Assembly: GCA_037723965.1 (NCBI GenBank)
Contig: JBBJOS010000002.1
Location: forward strand, 15,488 to 79,487
Length of the DNA: 64,000 bases
Direction: 5' to 3'
From: Pyrinomonadaceae bacterium
GTDB taxonomy: Bacteria > Acidobacteriota > Blastocatellia > Pyrinomonadales > Pyrinomonadaceae
The position numbers and the translations under genes are program-made. The notes under the pieces are model-generated. The model was given only the letters and a program-made list of their open reading frames with translations. It searched no databases and had not been told where the DNA came from. Below are positions 1 to 9,975 of the stretch, one piece after another (the stretch's first letter is position 1; each line of letters begins with the position of its first letter).

Positions 1-308
1 GGCGGCTGCCAAATAGAGTCGCGGAAGTTTTTTGTGTAAGGATTTTGATACTCGAAAGCGGTTGCCGGGATTGCGGCCACCGTTACTTCAACAACGTCAA
101 CCGAAGTAAAGTGCCGGTAAGCGGAAGGAACCTGGCGGCATGCACAAATACAAAACGGGGAACAATCGTCGGGAATCGGATCGTCTTGCAGCGGCTGCTG
201 AACATTATCCGTATTCGAAATGTCGATGCCTTGCGCGAACGTATCCTGGCACGGCTGGGTGAGCAGCAACAGGATATAAATGATTAAAGTAAAGGTGAAG
301 GTCTTCAT
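1..308 (-). CDS. small secreted Cys-rich protein (partial, runs off the window edge)
   Basis: A reverse-strand ATG at 308-306 opens a frame to position 1. It reads MKTFTFTLIIYILLLLTQPCQDTFAQ... (signal-peptide-like), then a CSPFCICAC cysteine cluster. It is absent from the ORF track because no stop is reached. Confidence 0.45.
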   Translation of the reverse strand, partial: MKTFTFTLIIYILLLLTQPCQDTFAQGIDISNTDNVQQPLQDDPIPDDCSPFCICACRQVPSAYRHFTSVDVVEVTVAAIPATAFEYQNPYTKNFRDSIWQP

Positions 309-346
309 CGGTTCGCCGCTTAAATGTGTCGGCCATTTCAATTACA

Positions 347-925
347 TTATGGACTCTCAAGCCCGCGAAATCCAAATCTATCGGAAATCATTCGGGCGGT
401 TTTGGCGGCGGAGATGTTTGTGTTGTTGATCTTTATGTAATTTTCCTTGATGAAGGAATCGCCGTCGGAATTCATTTTGTATTTTTCGTCGTGCTCCAGC
501 AGCCGCTCTCGGGATTGTGCGACGTTTCGTTTTGACGGTTTGTGGGAGAGGCGGAATTCGGACTCGTTGCGTAGCAGCCTTTCGGTTTGGTCAGCTTCAA
601 GTTCGACGAAATATACACCGGCGCCTTTCTCACGGAAGATGTTGCAGCTTTTTTCGACAAATACGCGGTCGGATTCGTGATCGACGGCCCAGACGAAAGT
701 GAAGATCAGGCCCGGCAGATCGCTGGCGGCGACCTCTTCGAATACGCGGCGGCGAAACTCGGCGACGAGGCTTTCGAACTGCGGGAGGCCGAAGTCGAAG
801 AAGTTCAGGACCAGCTCGATGGTCATGTGGTTATGGAACAGCCGAAAGCCCGTAAGCTTTGCAAGCTCATGGCCGACGGTCATCTTCCCAACCGCCGCCG
901 GACCGAATATGACTATAAATTTCAC
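347..925 (-). CDS. P-loop NTPase / small-molecule kinase-like protein
   Basis: 192-aa ORF with an N-terminal Walker A motif (IVIFGPAAVGKMT). Its size and layout fit shikimate/adenylate-kinase-like AAA proteins. Confidence 0.7.
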   Translation of the reverse strand: MKFIVIFGPAAVGKMTVGHELAKLTGFRLFHNHMTIELVLNFFDFGLPQFESLVAEFRRRVFEEVAASDLPGLIFTFVWAVDHESDRVFVEKSCNIFREKGAGVYFVELEADQTERLLRNESEFRLSHKPSKRNVAQSRERLLEHDEKYKMNSDGDSFIKENYIKINNTNISAAKTARMISDRFGFRGLESP

Positions 926-954
926 GCACTACTCCACAAGTTTGCTGGATGCTG

Positions 955-3651
955 TTATTTCGCGTCCATCCAGTTGTCGCCGACTCCGATCTCGACGGTA
1001 AGCGGGACATCCAATACGGCGGCGGATTCCATTTCGCGTTTGATAAGGACGCTGACGGCTTTTATTTCGGATTCGGGGGCTTCGAAGAGGAGTTCGTCGT
1101 GGACCTGCATTATCATGCGGGTTACAAAGCCTTCTTTTTTCAGGGCGTTGAAGACGTTTATCATTGCGATCTTGACGATGTCGCTGGCGGTACCCTGGAT
1201 CGGCATGTTTATAGCCTCGCGTTCGGCTCGGGAGCGGACGTTGAAATTGCGGTCGTTGATCGACGGGAAATAACGGCGGCGGCCGAAGAGGGAAGCGATG
1301 TACCCTTGCTCGCGGGCTAGGACAGGCGTTTCGTCCATGTATTTACGGATGCCGGTGTAGGTAGCGAAATAATCTTCGATTACCTTTTTGGATTCGGCCC
1401 GCGTCAATCCGACACGCTGCGACAGTCCGAATGCCTCGACCGCGTAGGCGATGCCGAAATTTACGATCTTGGCGACTCGGCGTTTTTCCTTAAGCTTCTT
1501 TTCGGTCTTCGCGCCAAAGACGAGACGGGCGGTTTTGGCGTGAATGTCTTCGTTGTTCTGAAAGGCTTCGAGCATCACTGCGTCGCGTGTGATGTGGGCC
1601 AGAATTCGGAGCTCGAGCTGCGAATAATCGGCGGAGATGAGTTTGAAACCGTCTTCCGGGATGAACGCACGGCGGATTCGCTGGCCGAGTTCGGTTCGGT
1701 TCGGGATGTTTTGGAGATTCGGATCGGTCGAGCTTAATCGGCCGGTTGCGGCGACGGTTTGATTGAGGCAGCCGTGGATGCGACCGTCCGGGCCGACCAT
1801 TTTCGGGAGAGCGTCGGCGTAGGTCGCTTTTAGTTTGTCGAGTTCGCGGTAGTCGATGATGTGCTGGGCGATCGGGTAAGTCAGGGCGAGTTCATCGAGA
1901 ACATCGCGGCCGGTCGAGACTTGTCCGGTCGCGGTCTTTCTACCTGTAGAGATATTCAGCTCTTCGAAAATTGCGCCGACCTGTTTTGGCGATCCGATGT
2001 TGAATTCATGCCCCGCGATCGTAAATATTTTCTCACGCAGTGTATCGAGCTCGGTCGAGATGAACGCGGAGAAAGCGTTCAGGCCATCGGCATCGACCTT
2101 CATACCAACGTTTTCGATGTCGGCAAGAATCGGTATCAGCGGCAGTTCTATTTCGCGGTAAACTTTCGTGAGGCCACATTCGTCGATCTTTTTGCTTAGA
2201 ATCGGCGTTAACTGAAAGGCAAAATCGGCACGCTCGCAGGTTCGGAAGGCTGATTCGGCAAAGCCTTCGAGAATTTCGGACGCCGCGTCAAGATCAAGGT
2301 TGATCTGTGCGAGGATCGGCAAATTGTATGTCGAACGGGTCGAATCGAGCAGATATGCCGCGATCATCGTGTCATCGGTGACCGCTTCGGGTTCGATGTT
2401 TATTGTGCTGAGCACGCCGAAATCTCGTTTGTTGTCGTGAGCGGTCTTTTCGAGGAAGCCATTGGATAAAATATCGCGGAGCGGCCCGATCGCGGCTTCC
2501 TTTCCGCCTGCGAAATTCTGCAGATCTATGTAATGCGACGAGCCGGCGGCGTTTGCGATCGCGATCCCGAGCGGCTCTTCCTTGTAATAGCAGCTTGATT
2601 TATCGTTGGCGTTTGAATCGTCAACCTCGATGCTCCAATGCTCGGTTTCCCAGAGCTTGCGGATGAGAGTGTCCAGATCTTCGCGGTTATTGATAACGCT
2701 GTACCGCTGCTCTGCCTGCTTGCCGCCCCCGCGAACGTCAAATAGCGGGGCCGAATCGGCAAACTCGCGGGTCAGGGTATTGAATTCGAGTTCGCGGAAA
2801 AGCGCGTAAGCGGCTTCGCGGTCGGGTTCACAATGTTTCAGATCATCGAGATCGAGTGTGACATCTACAGACGTATGAATAGTCGCGAGTTCAAGCGATT
2901 GGCGGATGATGTCCTGGTTATTCTGCAAACTCTCGCGGTACGTTTTATGCGTGATCTTGTCCGCGTTTTCCATCGCTCCCAGCGCCGAGCCGTGCTCAAG
3001 AACGAGCTTTAATGCACCTTTCTCGCCGATACCCGGAGCACCCGGAATATTATCTATCGCGTCACCCATCAGGCCGAGCAGATCGACGATCTTGTTCGGC
3101 GGCACACCGAATTTGTTCTCGACCCAGGCCTCGTCGCACCATTCGATGGGCGGAACTGCAACTTTTCGCTTTACGTTTTGCGAATTCTGCCGCATCGCGA
3201 TGATGTTCGGGTCCTGGACGAGCTGGCAGAGATCCTTGTCGTTCGAGACGATCACAGCCTGCATTCCTTTTGCCGCGACCTGTTTGGCCAGCGTGCCGAT
3301 AACGTCGTCGGCCTCGAAGCCGTCCATTTTAAGGATCGGTATGCAGAAGGCTTCGCAGACACGGATAATATAAGGTATTTGAGCGGAAAGATCGTCCGGC
3401 ATTGCGGCACGGTTGGCTTTATACGCCGCAAAGGAATCATGGCGAAACGTCGGGGCGGCGGTGTCGAACACGGCCGCGACGTAATCGGGCTTTTCGTCGT
3501 TCAACAGCTTGCGCAGCATATTCGTAAAGACGAAAACTGCCTGTGTCACCTGGCCTTTGCTATTGCGAAGCGGTTCCTGCTTCATTCCCATCGGGGCGAA
3601 AAAAGCCCGGAAGATGTGCGACATCGAGTCGATCAAAAATACTCGTTTCAT
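955..3651 (-). CDS. polA: DNA polymerase I
   Basis: 898 aa with a 5'-3' exonuclease N-terminus (FFAPMGM..., GIGEKGA). Pol A motifs are present: ADYSQLELRILAH and QVHDELLFE. Confidence 0.97.
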   Translation of the reverse strand: MKRVFLIDSMSHIFRAFFAPMGMKQEPLRNSKGQVTQAVFVFTNMLRKLLNDEKPDYVAAVFDTAAPTFRHDSFAAYKANRAAMPDDLSAQIPYIIRVCEAFCIPILKMDGFEADDVIGTLAKQVAAKGMQAVIVSNDKDLCQLVQDPNIIAMRQNSQNVKRKVAVPPIEWCDEAWVENKFGVPPNKIVDLLGLMGDAIDNIPGAPGIGEKGALKLVLEHGSALGAMENADKITHKTYRESLQNNQDIIRQSLELATIHTSVDVTLDLDDLKHCEPDREAAYALFRELEFNTLTREFADSAPLFDVRGGGKQAEQRYSVINNREDLDTLIRKLWETEHWSIEVDDSNANDKSSCYYKEEPLGIAIANAAGSSHYIDLQNFAGGKEAAIGPLRDILSNGFLEKTAHDNKRDFGVLSTINIEPEAVTDDTMIAAYLLDSTRSTYNLPILAQINLDLDAASEILEGFAESAFRTCERADFAFQLTPILSKKIDECGLTKVYREIELPLIPILADIENVGMKVDADGLNAFSAFISTELDTLREKIFTIAGHEFNIGSPKQVGAIFEELNISTGRKTATGQVSTGRDVLDELALTYPIAQHIIDYRELDKLKATYADALPKMVGPDGRIHGCLNQTVAATGRLSSTDPNLQNIPNRTELGQRIRRAFIPEDGFKLISADYSQLELRILAHITRDAVMLEAFQNNEDIHAKTARLVFGAKTEKKLKEKRRVAKIVNFGIAYAVEAFGLSQRVGLTRAESKKVIEDYFATYTGIRKYMDETPVLAREQGYIASLFGRRRYFPSINDRNFNVRSRAEREAINMPIQGTASDIVKIAMINVFNALKKEGFVTRMIMQVHDELLFEAPESEIKAVSVLIKREMESAAVLDVPLTVEIGVGDNWMDAK

Positions 3652-3717
3652 TATGTTTCTTTCCTGTTGTTGGAATGATAGATAAACATTGGAACAGATA
3701 CAAATGAACGCAGCTAT

Positions 3718-3745
3718 TTGACAACAAAAACGGGCGTACGATAAT
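3718..3745 (+). promoter_or_regulatory. sigma70-like promoter for tRNA-Glu
   Basis: TTGACA (3718-3723), a 16-nt spacer, then GATAAT (3740-3745). It lies about 22 nt upstream of the tRNA 5' end. Confidence 0.4.
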
Positions 3746-3767
3746 CTAACTGTTCGTTTTGGTTTCC

Positions 3768-3842
3768 GACCGGTTCGTCTAGGGGTTAGGACACCGCCCT
3801 TTCACGGCGGCAACACGGGTTCAAATCCCGTACCGGTTACCA
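3768..3842 (+). tRNA. tRNA-Glu (anticodon UUC), CCA encoded
   Basis: Cloverleaf read by eye. The acceptor arms are gaccggt/accggtt. The anticodon stem ccgcc/ggcgg carries loop CTTTCAC. The T arm is acggg-ttcaaat-cccgt. Overall it is very close to the canonical bacterial tRNA-Glu sequence. Confidence 0.9.
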
Positions 3843-3879
3843 ACTTCACTTACAGTTTTCGCATCAAACCGATTAGGTC

Positions 3880-3912
3880 AATTCGCTTGCACACCAAGCG
3901 AATTTTTTATTT
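3880..3912 (+). terminator. intrinsic terminator after tRNA-Glu
   Basis: A 10-bp stem (aattcgcttg/caagcgaatt) with loop cacac, followed by a T-run. Confidence 0.6.
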
Positions 3913-3923
3913 TATAGGAAACA

Positions 3924-5723
3924 ATGCTGAAAAACTTCTTATTCGTACTCGCCTTTCTGTCTTTTTGTTTCGTTCCGTCTCAGATACAAGCTCAAAATAA
4001 TGCTGATACGGTGATGGTGCTGCCGTTCGAAAATACATCGGACAAGCCCGAATTTAACTGGGTCGGCGAGAGCTTTGCGCTGTCGCTGTCGGACCTTTTG
4101 AGACTGCCGGGTTTGAACGTTGTTTCCAATAGCCAACGTAAAATAGTGCAGCAGAGGCTGCGAATTCCATTAACTAATCTGCCGAGCCTTGCTACATCCT
4201 TGAGGCTTGCGCGTGAGAGCAACGCATCGCTCCTTATTGCCGGAAAATACAATATCGTTCCCGCCCAGGGCGACACTGCCGCTACGCTAAACGTTACGGC
4301 AAAAATCATCCGCGTCAACGAAGGCCGATTTTTGAACGAGGAATTGCCGGACGGCAGGCGAATCACCCGCGATATAAATTTGAACGACGCGCTCGGCAAT
4401 TTGCAAACAATGCAAGGGCAAATTGCGTTTCAAATACTTTACCAGCGTGACAAAAATACTTTGGCCTATTCGCAGAACGATATGGTAATTGCCGCCAACA
4501 AAGTTCCGGGGCGGGCATTCGAGGCATACATCAAGGGATTGCTTACGCCCGCTTTCGACGCGCGGGAAAACTACTTTAAGAACGCGATACGGCTCTATAC
4601 TGAGGAAACGCCGGATGGGACATTTGCCGATGCCGCGCTTGAATTAGGCCATCTTTATTTGGGCCAGCGAAAATATCCGGAAGCCATTGAATATTTTGAA
4701 CGCGTCGTAAGTTCGAACCAGCAATGCAAAGACAAGGCGAAGGGCGAGAACAAGATTTCGCAATGCAATGACGAGAGCTTTGCGGAATCGTCGTTTTATA
4801 TCGGGTTGATCCAATGGGAGCGGTCCAACTATGAGCAGGCCCTGTCCGTCCTGCGGCCACTGGCAGAAGATCTTAAATTAACGAGTGTTTATAATACCCT
4901 GGGGGCGATCGCCGTTCAGGCTTCACGTGCTGAGAAGAAAAACGAAACGAAGTCCGCGGCATTGCTAAACGAAGGCCTTGGACTTCTGAAAAAAGCCGCT
5001 GAATCGGCTCCGGAAGATGCGAATGTGCGATTTAATTACGGGATCGCTTCGTTCTTAAACGGAAATTATCCCGAAGCGGCAAAACAGATCAGGCCGATCA
5101 TAACCGGAAATCCGGCGGACGGGGAATCTCATTATCTGCTTGCAAAAACGCTTGACGCTTTAAAGGATCCGGCTGCTTCCGCTACCGATACCGAAGCCAG
5201 AAAATATCTGACGGCCAATAACCGTTACGCAAATCTCGAAAAGGAATGGTTGAAGTCAAAGACGGTAACGGATGTAAAGCTGCGGGTGGAGCAGCCGCAG
5301 CGGAAGGATTTTGTCAGCGTCGTGTTGAGCAGGAAAGCGTCGGCATCGGCTCCCGCGCCGGTGAGTGAGACCGATGGCATGCTTGCTAGGGCTCGAACCC
5401 AGTTTAAGAACGGTAACGACGACGAAGCAATGATGACCTTGCGCCGCGTTCTTGCCAGCGAACCGATGAGTGCCGAAAGCTACCTGATTCTCGGCCAAAT
5501 TCATCTCCGCCGGACTGACCGCGACCAGGCGATAAGCTCGTTTAAAACGGCGATTTTCTGGGACAACCGCCAAATAGATGCTCATATCTCGCTCGGTAAA
5601 ATCTATCTTGAAAGAGGTGAATGCCTTCTGGTCAAAAACTATGCTGCGTCTGCCATGGAAATTAATCCGGAGAATCAGGATGCGTTGGCTTTGCAGCGTC
5701 AGGCGGAACGATGTTCCAAATAG
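3924..5723 (+). CDS. secreted TPR-repeat protein
   Basis: 599 aa with a signal peptide (MLKNFLFVLAFLSFCFVPSQIQA). The C-terminal half contains multiple TPR-like A/Y/L-patterned helices. Confidence 0.8.
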   Translation: MLKNFLFVLAFLSFCFVPSQIQAQNNADTVMVLPFENTSDKPEFNWVGESFALSLSDLLRLPGLNVVSNSQRKIVQQRLRIPLTNLPSLATSLRLARESNASLLIAGKYNIVPAQGDTAATLNVTAKIIRVNEGRFLNEELPDGRRITRDINLNDALGNLQTMQGQIAFQILYQRDKNTLAYSQNDMVIAANKVPGRAFEAYIKGLLTPAFDARENYFKNAIRLYTEETPDGTFADAALELGHLYLGQRKYPEAIEYFERVVSSNQQCKDKAKGENKISQCNDESFAESSFYIGLIQWERSNYEQALSVLRPLAEDLKLTSVYNTLGAIAVQASRAEKKNETKSAALLNEGLGLLKKAAESAPEDANVRFNYGIASFLNGNYPEAAKQIRPIITGNPADGESHYLLAKTLDALKDPAASATDTEARKYLTANNRYANLEKEWLKSKTVTDVKLRVEQPQRKDFVSVVLSRKASASAPAPVSETDGMLARARTQFKNGNDDEAMMTLRRVLASEPMSAESYLILGQIHLRRTDRDQAISSFKTAIFWDNRQIDAHISLGKIYLERGECLLVKNYAASAMEINPENQDALALQRQAERCSK

Positions 5724-5819
5724 TGTAACTTTAAAAGTCGAGAGTCTTGAGTAGAGAGGCGAAAGGCGGAACCTTCTGAAAAATATAGGCTCGGCTAAAC
5801 AATTGCAGATACTATGACT

Positions 5820-5861
5820 TAACTCCGACTCTTGACTCTCGACTCTTAACTCTCGACTCCC
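5820..5861 (+). repeat. heptamer tandem array (GACTCTY, about 6 units)
   Basis: The units read taactcc|gactctt|gactctc|gactctt|aactctc|gactccc. An inverted partial copy lies at 5735-5759 (aagtcgagagtcttgagtagagagg). Confidence 0.8.
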
Positions 5862-6285
5862 CCAACAACTTTGGCACGCTGCATGCATAAGGGAACAGTG
5901 GCTAGCTTGATTGAAGTTAAATTAAGACCCCGCCGCCACCACTTCGCCGAGCCCGGTTTGCCACTGTGCTTGATAACCTTCCGAGCGTTCCTTCAGTTGT
6001 CCTTCCTATTTGAGCCTGGTCGAAACCGACCGGGCTCTATCACTTTTAAACCACTGTAAAATTGGGCGTTTCGTGCAGGATATTGAATTTCGTTCATCTT
6101 GAAGTGTTTTAACGGCATTGCAAAATCCGCGAAGGTCAATATGACTGAAAGCCATGGCGAAATGCGCTGAAATGACAAAATCCGTCATATTTCGCGTGAC
6201 AAATTTTTGCTCATTCAAAACCGTGACCGTTCAGATTGGAAGAAATTGAACCAAAGTGATGAACGACGTTCATTTCTGATAAACT

Positions 6286-7851
6286 GTGGCAATGAAGTTC
6301 CCGAAAATCACGCAGTTTTTGCCGGATTGGAAGAATGCCGGGCTAGCGCTGTTGTCAGCGATTCTGCTAGTTCTCGCGTTCCCCGATTTCGAATTCTGGT
6401 TTCTGGCGTGGTTTGCGTTGGTTCCGCTGCTTTTGGCGATTGAACGACTGAAAGAAACACCAGTTAAATCTTTTGCAGTGGGTTGGTTATTCGGAACGGC
6501 CTTTTTTTTCGGAACTTGCTGGTGGCTGACGTTCGCGCCGATCACCTATGCGGGCTTTCCTCCTCTGCTGGCGTATTTCCTAATGCTCTGCGTTTCGGCT
6601 GCGGCGGGCATATTTCCAGGTATTTTCAGTGCGTTGCTGTCTCTGTTTTTGAAAAGGTATGGAAATCTCGCGATTCTTTCCGCTCCTTTGATTTGGATCT
6701 TCACGGAATTCCTTCGGTATTGGCTGACCGGAAATAATTGGAATGCGATTGGCTATTCGCAAGCATTCGGACGAGGTTCAGTAGTTGAGCTTGCCGGAAT
6801 TGGAGGAATCTATCTTTCTGGTTTCTGCGTAGTTTTCATTGGAACCTGTCTTTATTTTGTCGCGGAGGGTAAAGGCAAGCGAAGTGAAAGGTACGTCGCC
6901 GGTCTAGCGTCCATAGTTGTTTTGTCGGCATTATTTCTTTTTGATTACGAATCAGGCTACATACCGGAGCTTCCCATTGGCGGAGCCAGTGTCATCGCCG
7001 TTCAGCCAAATGTCCCAATGGCGGGACTAACGTATGAAAAGTGGAAGTTGCTTCGCCAAAAACATATAGAGCTCGCGGAATCCGCCCTTTCAAAACCTAC
7101 AACCGGCAGTCGGAATGCGACAACTGTTATATTCCCCGAATCTCCGATGAATTTCGCTTACGAAGAGGACGAGGAATTCCGGCGGTTCGTGCATGCGTTT
7201 GCGGCGAAGCACGATGTTAATGTTCTTTTCAATTCGGCCGAGCCGGATGCGGCGAACAATAAATACTTTAATTCCGCCGTATTGGTTGGCCCGCAAGGAA
7301 CTGAACTGGCGCAGTATGATAAGATTTACCTCGTGCCATTCGGTGAATCCGTGCCCGCTCCGCTGCAAAGTACCGTTCCGGCTTTTGTCGGCAGTTTCTC
7401 GTATGGAAGCGAGTACGACCTTGTGCCGCTCGGCGATGCGAAGACCGGGATAATGATCTGCTTCGAATCGCATTTCGGGCAGCTTTCGCGTGAATACGTG
7501 CGAAACGGAGCGGACGTGCTGATCGAAATGACTAACGACGGCTACCTCGGCCCGACGCCGGTTTTGCGGCAGCATTTGGCGAACGCGGTCTTCCGTGCGG
7601 TTGAGACGAATCGTCCGGTCTTACGCGTCACGAATGTCGGAATTACGGCATATATCAATGAGCGTGGACAGGTTATCGATCCTGCGGCAAGCTATACGGA
7701 AGATACGCGGATATGGACCGTTTCAAAATCCGACGGAAAGCAGACTTTTTATGTGAGATACGGCGACTGGTTCGCCTGGTTGTGCTCGGTGATAACTATT
7801 GGGTTTTTGATATTTGGATTCACGACTAAAAGAACTTTGCCGGCCGACTAG
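6286..7851 (+). CDS. lnt: apolipoprotein N-acyltransferase
   Basis: 521 aa with a multi-TM N-terminal half. A CN-hydrolase domain follows (AVQPNV..., FPESP, IMICFES). The start could instead be the ATG at 6292. Confidence 0.9.
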   Translation: MAMKFPKITQFLPDWKNAGLALLSAILLVLAFPDFEFWFLAWFALVPLLLAIERLKETPVKSFAVGWLFGTAFFFGTCWWLTFAPITYAGFPPLLAYFLMLCVSAAAGIFPGIFSALLSLFLKRYGNLAILSAPLIWIFTEFLRYWLTGNNWNAIGYSQAFGRGSVVELAGIGGIYLSGFCVVFIGTCLYFVAEGKGKRSERYVAGLASIVVLSALFLFDYESGYIPELPIGGASVIAVQPNVPMAGLTYEKWKLLRQKHIELAESALSKPTTGSRNATTVIFPESPMNFAYEEDEEFRRFVHAFAAKHDVNVLFNSAEPDAANNKYFNSAVLVGPQGTELAQYDKIYLVPFGESVPAPLQSTVPAFVGSFSYGSEYDLVPLGDAKTGIMICFESHFGQLSREYVRNGADVLIEMTNDGYLGPTPVLRQHLANAVFRAVETNRPVLRVTNVGITAYINERGQVIDPAASYTEDTRIWTVSKSDGKQTFYVRYGDWFAWLCSVITIGFLIFGFTTKRTLPAD

Positions 7852-8003
7852 GGCTGTGTAACCTAAGTTGTAGAAGAATAAGCCACGAATTGCACCAATG
7901 GCACAAATAAAAGAAAACCAATTAGTGCTATTCGGGCAATTCGTGGCTAAACGATTCTTACGGTTATTACAGTGCACTAGCTTGGAAATGTGAGAATTGT
8001 TCA

Positions 8004-8351
8004 ATGAAAATGAATCGCCTAATACCGATGCTGCCTGTTAAGAGTATCGAAGTCAGTATTGAGTTCTATCAGAAACTGGGATTTACTGTTGAGAATAGGA
8101 ATGATGACTGGCGCTGGGCGATGCTCGCTTTTGATGAGTGCCGATTAATGGTCGATCAATCCATCAACGCCCATCCCGAGGCTCTTCGTATGGGTGTTAT
8201 TTATCTTTACCCAGAGGACATCACGGAATTTCACCGGCAAGTAAGGGCGAACGGGCTTGAAATTCCCGATCTGGAAACTACTTTTTACGGCCTAACCGAA
8301 TTTCGAATCGACGATCCGGACGGGAATCGGCTGTGGATAGGAGAGAAATGA
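8004..8351 (+). CDS. glyoxalase/bleomycin-resistance (VOC) family protein
   Basis: 115 aa with a typical VOC pattern: ...IEFYQKLGF... and FRIDDPDGNRLWIGE. Confidence 0.8.
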   Translation: MKMNRLIPMLPVKSIEVSIEFYQKLGFTVENRNDDWRWAMLAFDECRLMVDQSINAHPEALRMGVIYLYPEDITEFHRQVRANGLEIPDLETTFYGLTEFRIDDPDGNRLWIGEK

Positions 8352-8771
8352 ACTTGGAATATAGTAAAAGAGCGAAAATCTTGTTCCTGGTCGTTGCGAC
8401 GGTCGGTATCGTAGGGGTATTCGGCCAATTATCGATTCTTCACGGGAAATATCGGTTACTACGTCGCGTGTGTGTCCGGTCTGGTTGCTATTGTCATTTC
8501 AGCCCGCCTTCCTCGATTTCTCACTAGTACATTGCCAGTTGTGGTTTGTCCATTGGCATATTGGATAGTTTTCGAAGCCGCCCATTTGATCGAGGGATTT
8601 GGCCGGGATCAAATGATGGAAAGCAATTTTGATGGTTATACCGGCAATACAACTCGGTATGAATTCGGCTTTGAAATACTGGTTCTGTTGGTGTTTGGAA
8701 CAATCATTGGAAGCGTGATCGGCTATGTCTTTGTCAAGATATTCGGCGTTCCAACTAAAAAATTAGCGTAA
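8348..8771 (+). CDS. small integral membrane protein, apparently split between two reading frames
   Basis: The ATG at 8348 has an AGGAGA Shine-Dalgarno and overlaps the VOC stop (ATGA). It gives MNLEYSKRAKILFLVVATVGIVGVFGQLSI.... The hydrophobic continuation FFTGNIGYYVACVSGLVAIV... is in the +1 frame, which is open from 8415 and ends at 8771. Confidence 0.4.
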
Positions 8772-8816
8772 TAAAATACCAACCGTAAGCTACCGCGAAT
8801 GGTACTGACGATAAAA

Positions 8817-9924
8817 ATGGAATTAACAGACTTACAAACAAAATTCGAAGAGATCAAAGATAAAGTTACCCAACTTGGGAGGTTTCTTTGACGCTCCGGC
8901 GAAACGAACTGAACTTGAAACATCGGAAAAGGTAATCTCTGAGCCCGGATTTTGGGACGATCAGGAGAATGCTCAGAAAGTAGTCCAGAAGCGCAGCCGG
9001 ATCGAGAAGGCTTTGCAGCAGCAGGAAGGTTTTGAATCGGGCATTTCTGATGCCGACGTGCTCTTTGAATTTGCTCAAACCGATGTGGATTCGGCGGCGG
9101 AATTGCAAAAACTCATCGTTAAACTAGACAAAGAAGTCGATGCCGCACAGACGCAGAGCCTGCTTTCCGGTGAAACCGATGTGAATAACGCGATCTGCTC
9201 TATTCAGGCCGGGGCCGGCGGCACCGACGCACAGGATTTCGCGCAGATGCTGCTGCGGATGTATTTGCGGTGGGCAGAGCGGAAGGGTTTCAAGGTCGAT
9301 GTGCTGGACGAGCAAAGCGGCAGCGAAGCCGGATTGAAATCGGCGACTTTTCGTGTTGAAGGCGAATATGCCTACGGCCTATTATCGACAGAGGCCGGAG
9401 TTCACAGACTTGTTCGTATCTCGCCATTCAATTCAGGTGGAAGCCGGGAGACATCCTTTGCGTCAATGTTTGTATCGCCGGAAATAGACGAAAATATCGA
9501 GGTCAGTATCGAAGACAAGGATCTGCGTATCGACACATACCGTTCATCCGGCGCCGGCGGCCAGCATGTAAATGTTACAGATAGTGCGGTGCGGATCACG
9601 CATATACCCACAAATACTGTCGTCACATGTCAAAACCAGCGTTCGCAGCTTCAGAACCGGGCGGTCGCGATGACGGTTTTGCGGTCGAAATTATACGAAC
9701 TCGAACTCGAAAAACGCCGTGGCGATGCTGCCGTGCTCGAATCGACAAAACAGGATATTTCGTTCGGATCGCAGATCAGGAACTACGTGCTGCATCCTTA
9801 TCGGCTCGTGAAAGACACGCGGACGAAGTTTGAACAAACCGATGTCGATGCCGTACTTGATGGTGAGATCGATGAATTTATCAAAGAATTTTTACTATTT
9901 AAGAAAGGAGCCACCACCTCGTAG
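8817..9924 (+). CDS. prfB: peptide chain release factor 2, with programmed +1 frameshift at 8886-8892
   Basis: A short frame-0 leader (MELTDLQTKFEEIKDKVTQLGRFL) ends at the in-frame TGA at 8889-8891. The context is GGGAGG-ttt-CTT-TGA-C. The +1 frame continues DAPAKRTELE... and carries the SPF and GGQ motifs. Confidence 0.95.
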
Positions 9925-9975
9925 TGAAGAAGTCGGGGCCGATACCGGTGCTTTGTTCTCTATTTAGTTGTTTTT

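Noticed and set aside
3768-3842. tRNA-Glu as an integration site for a genomic island
   Set aside because: There is no integrase, no direct repeat of the tRNA 3' end and no compositional break downstream. The flanking genes are polA and a TPR protein.
5870-6060. SRP (4.5S), 6S, RNase P or tmRNA in the long lnt-upstream gap
   Set aside because: I found GGAA and AGCA strings on the minus strand. However, they cannot be folded into the SRP helix-8 arrangement. No RNase P (GAGGAAAGUCC) or tmRNA signatures are present.
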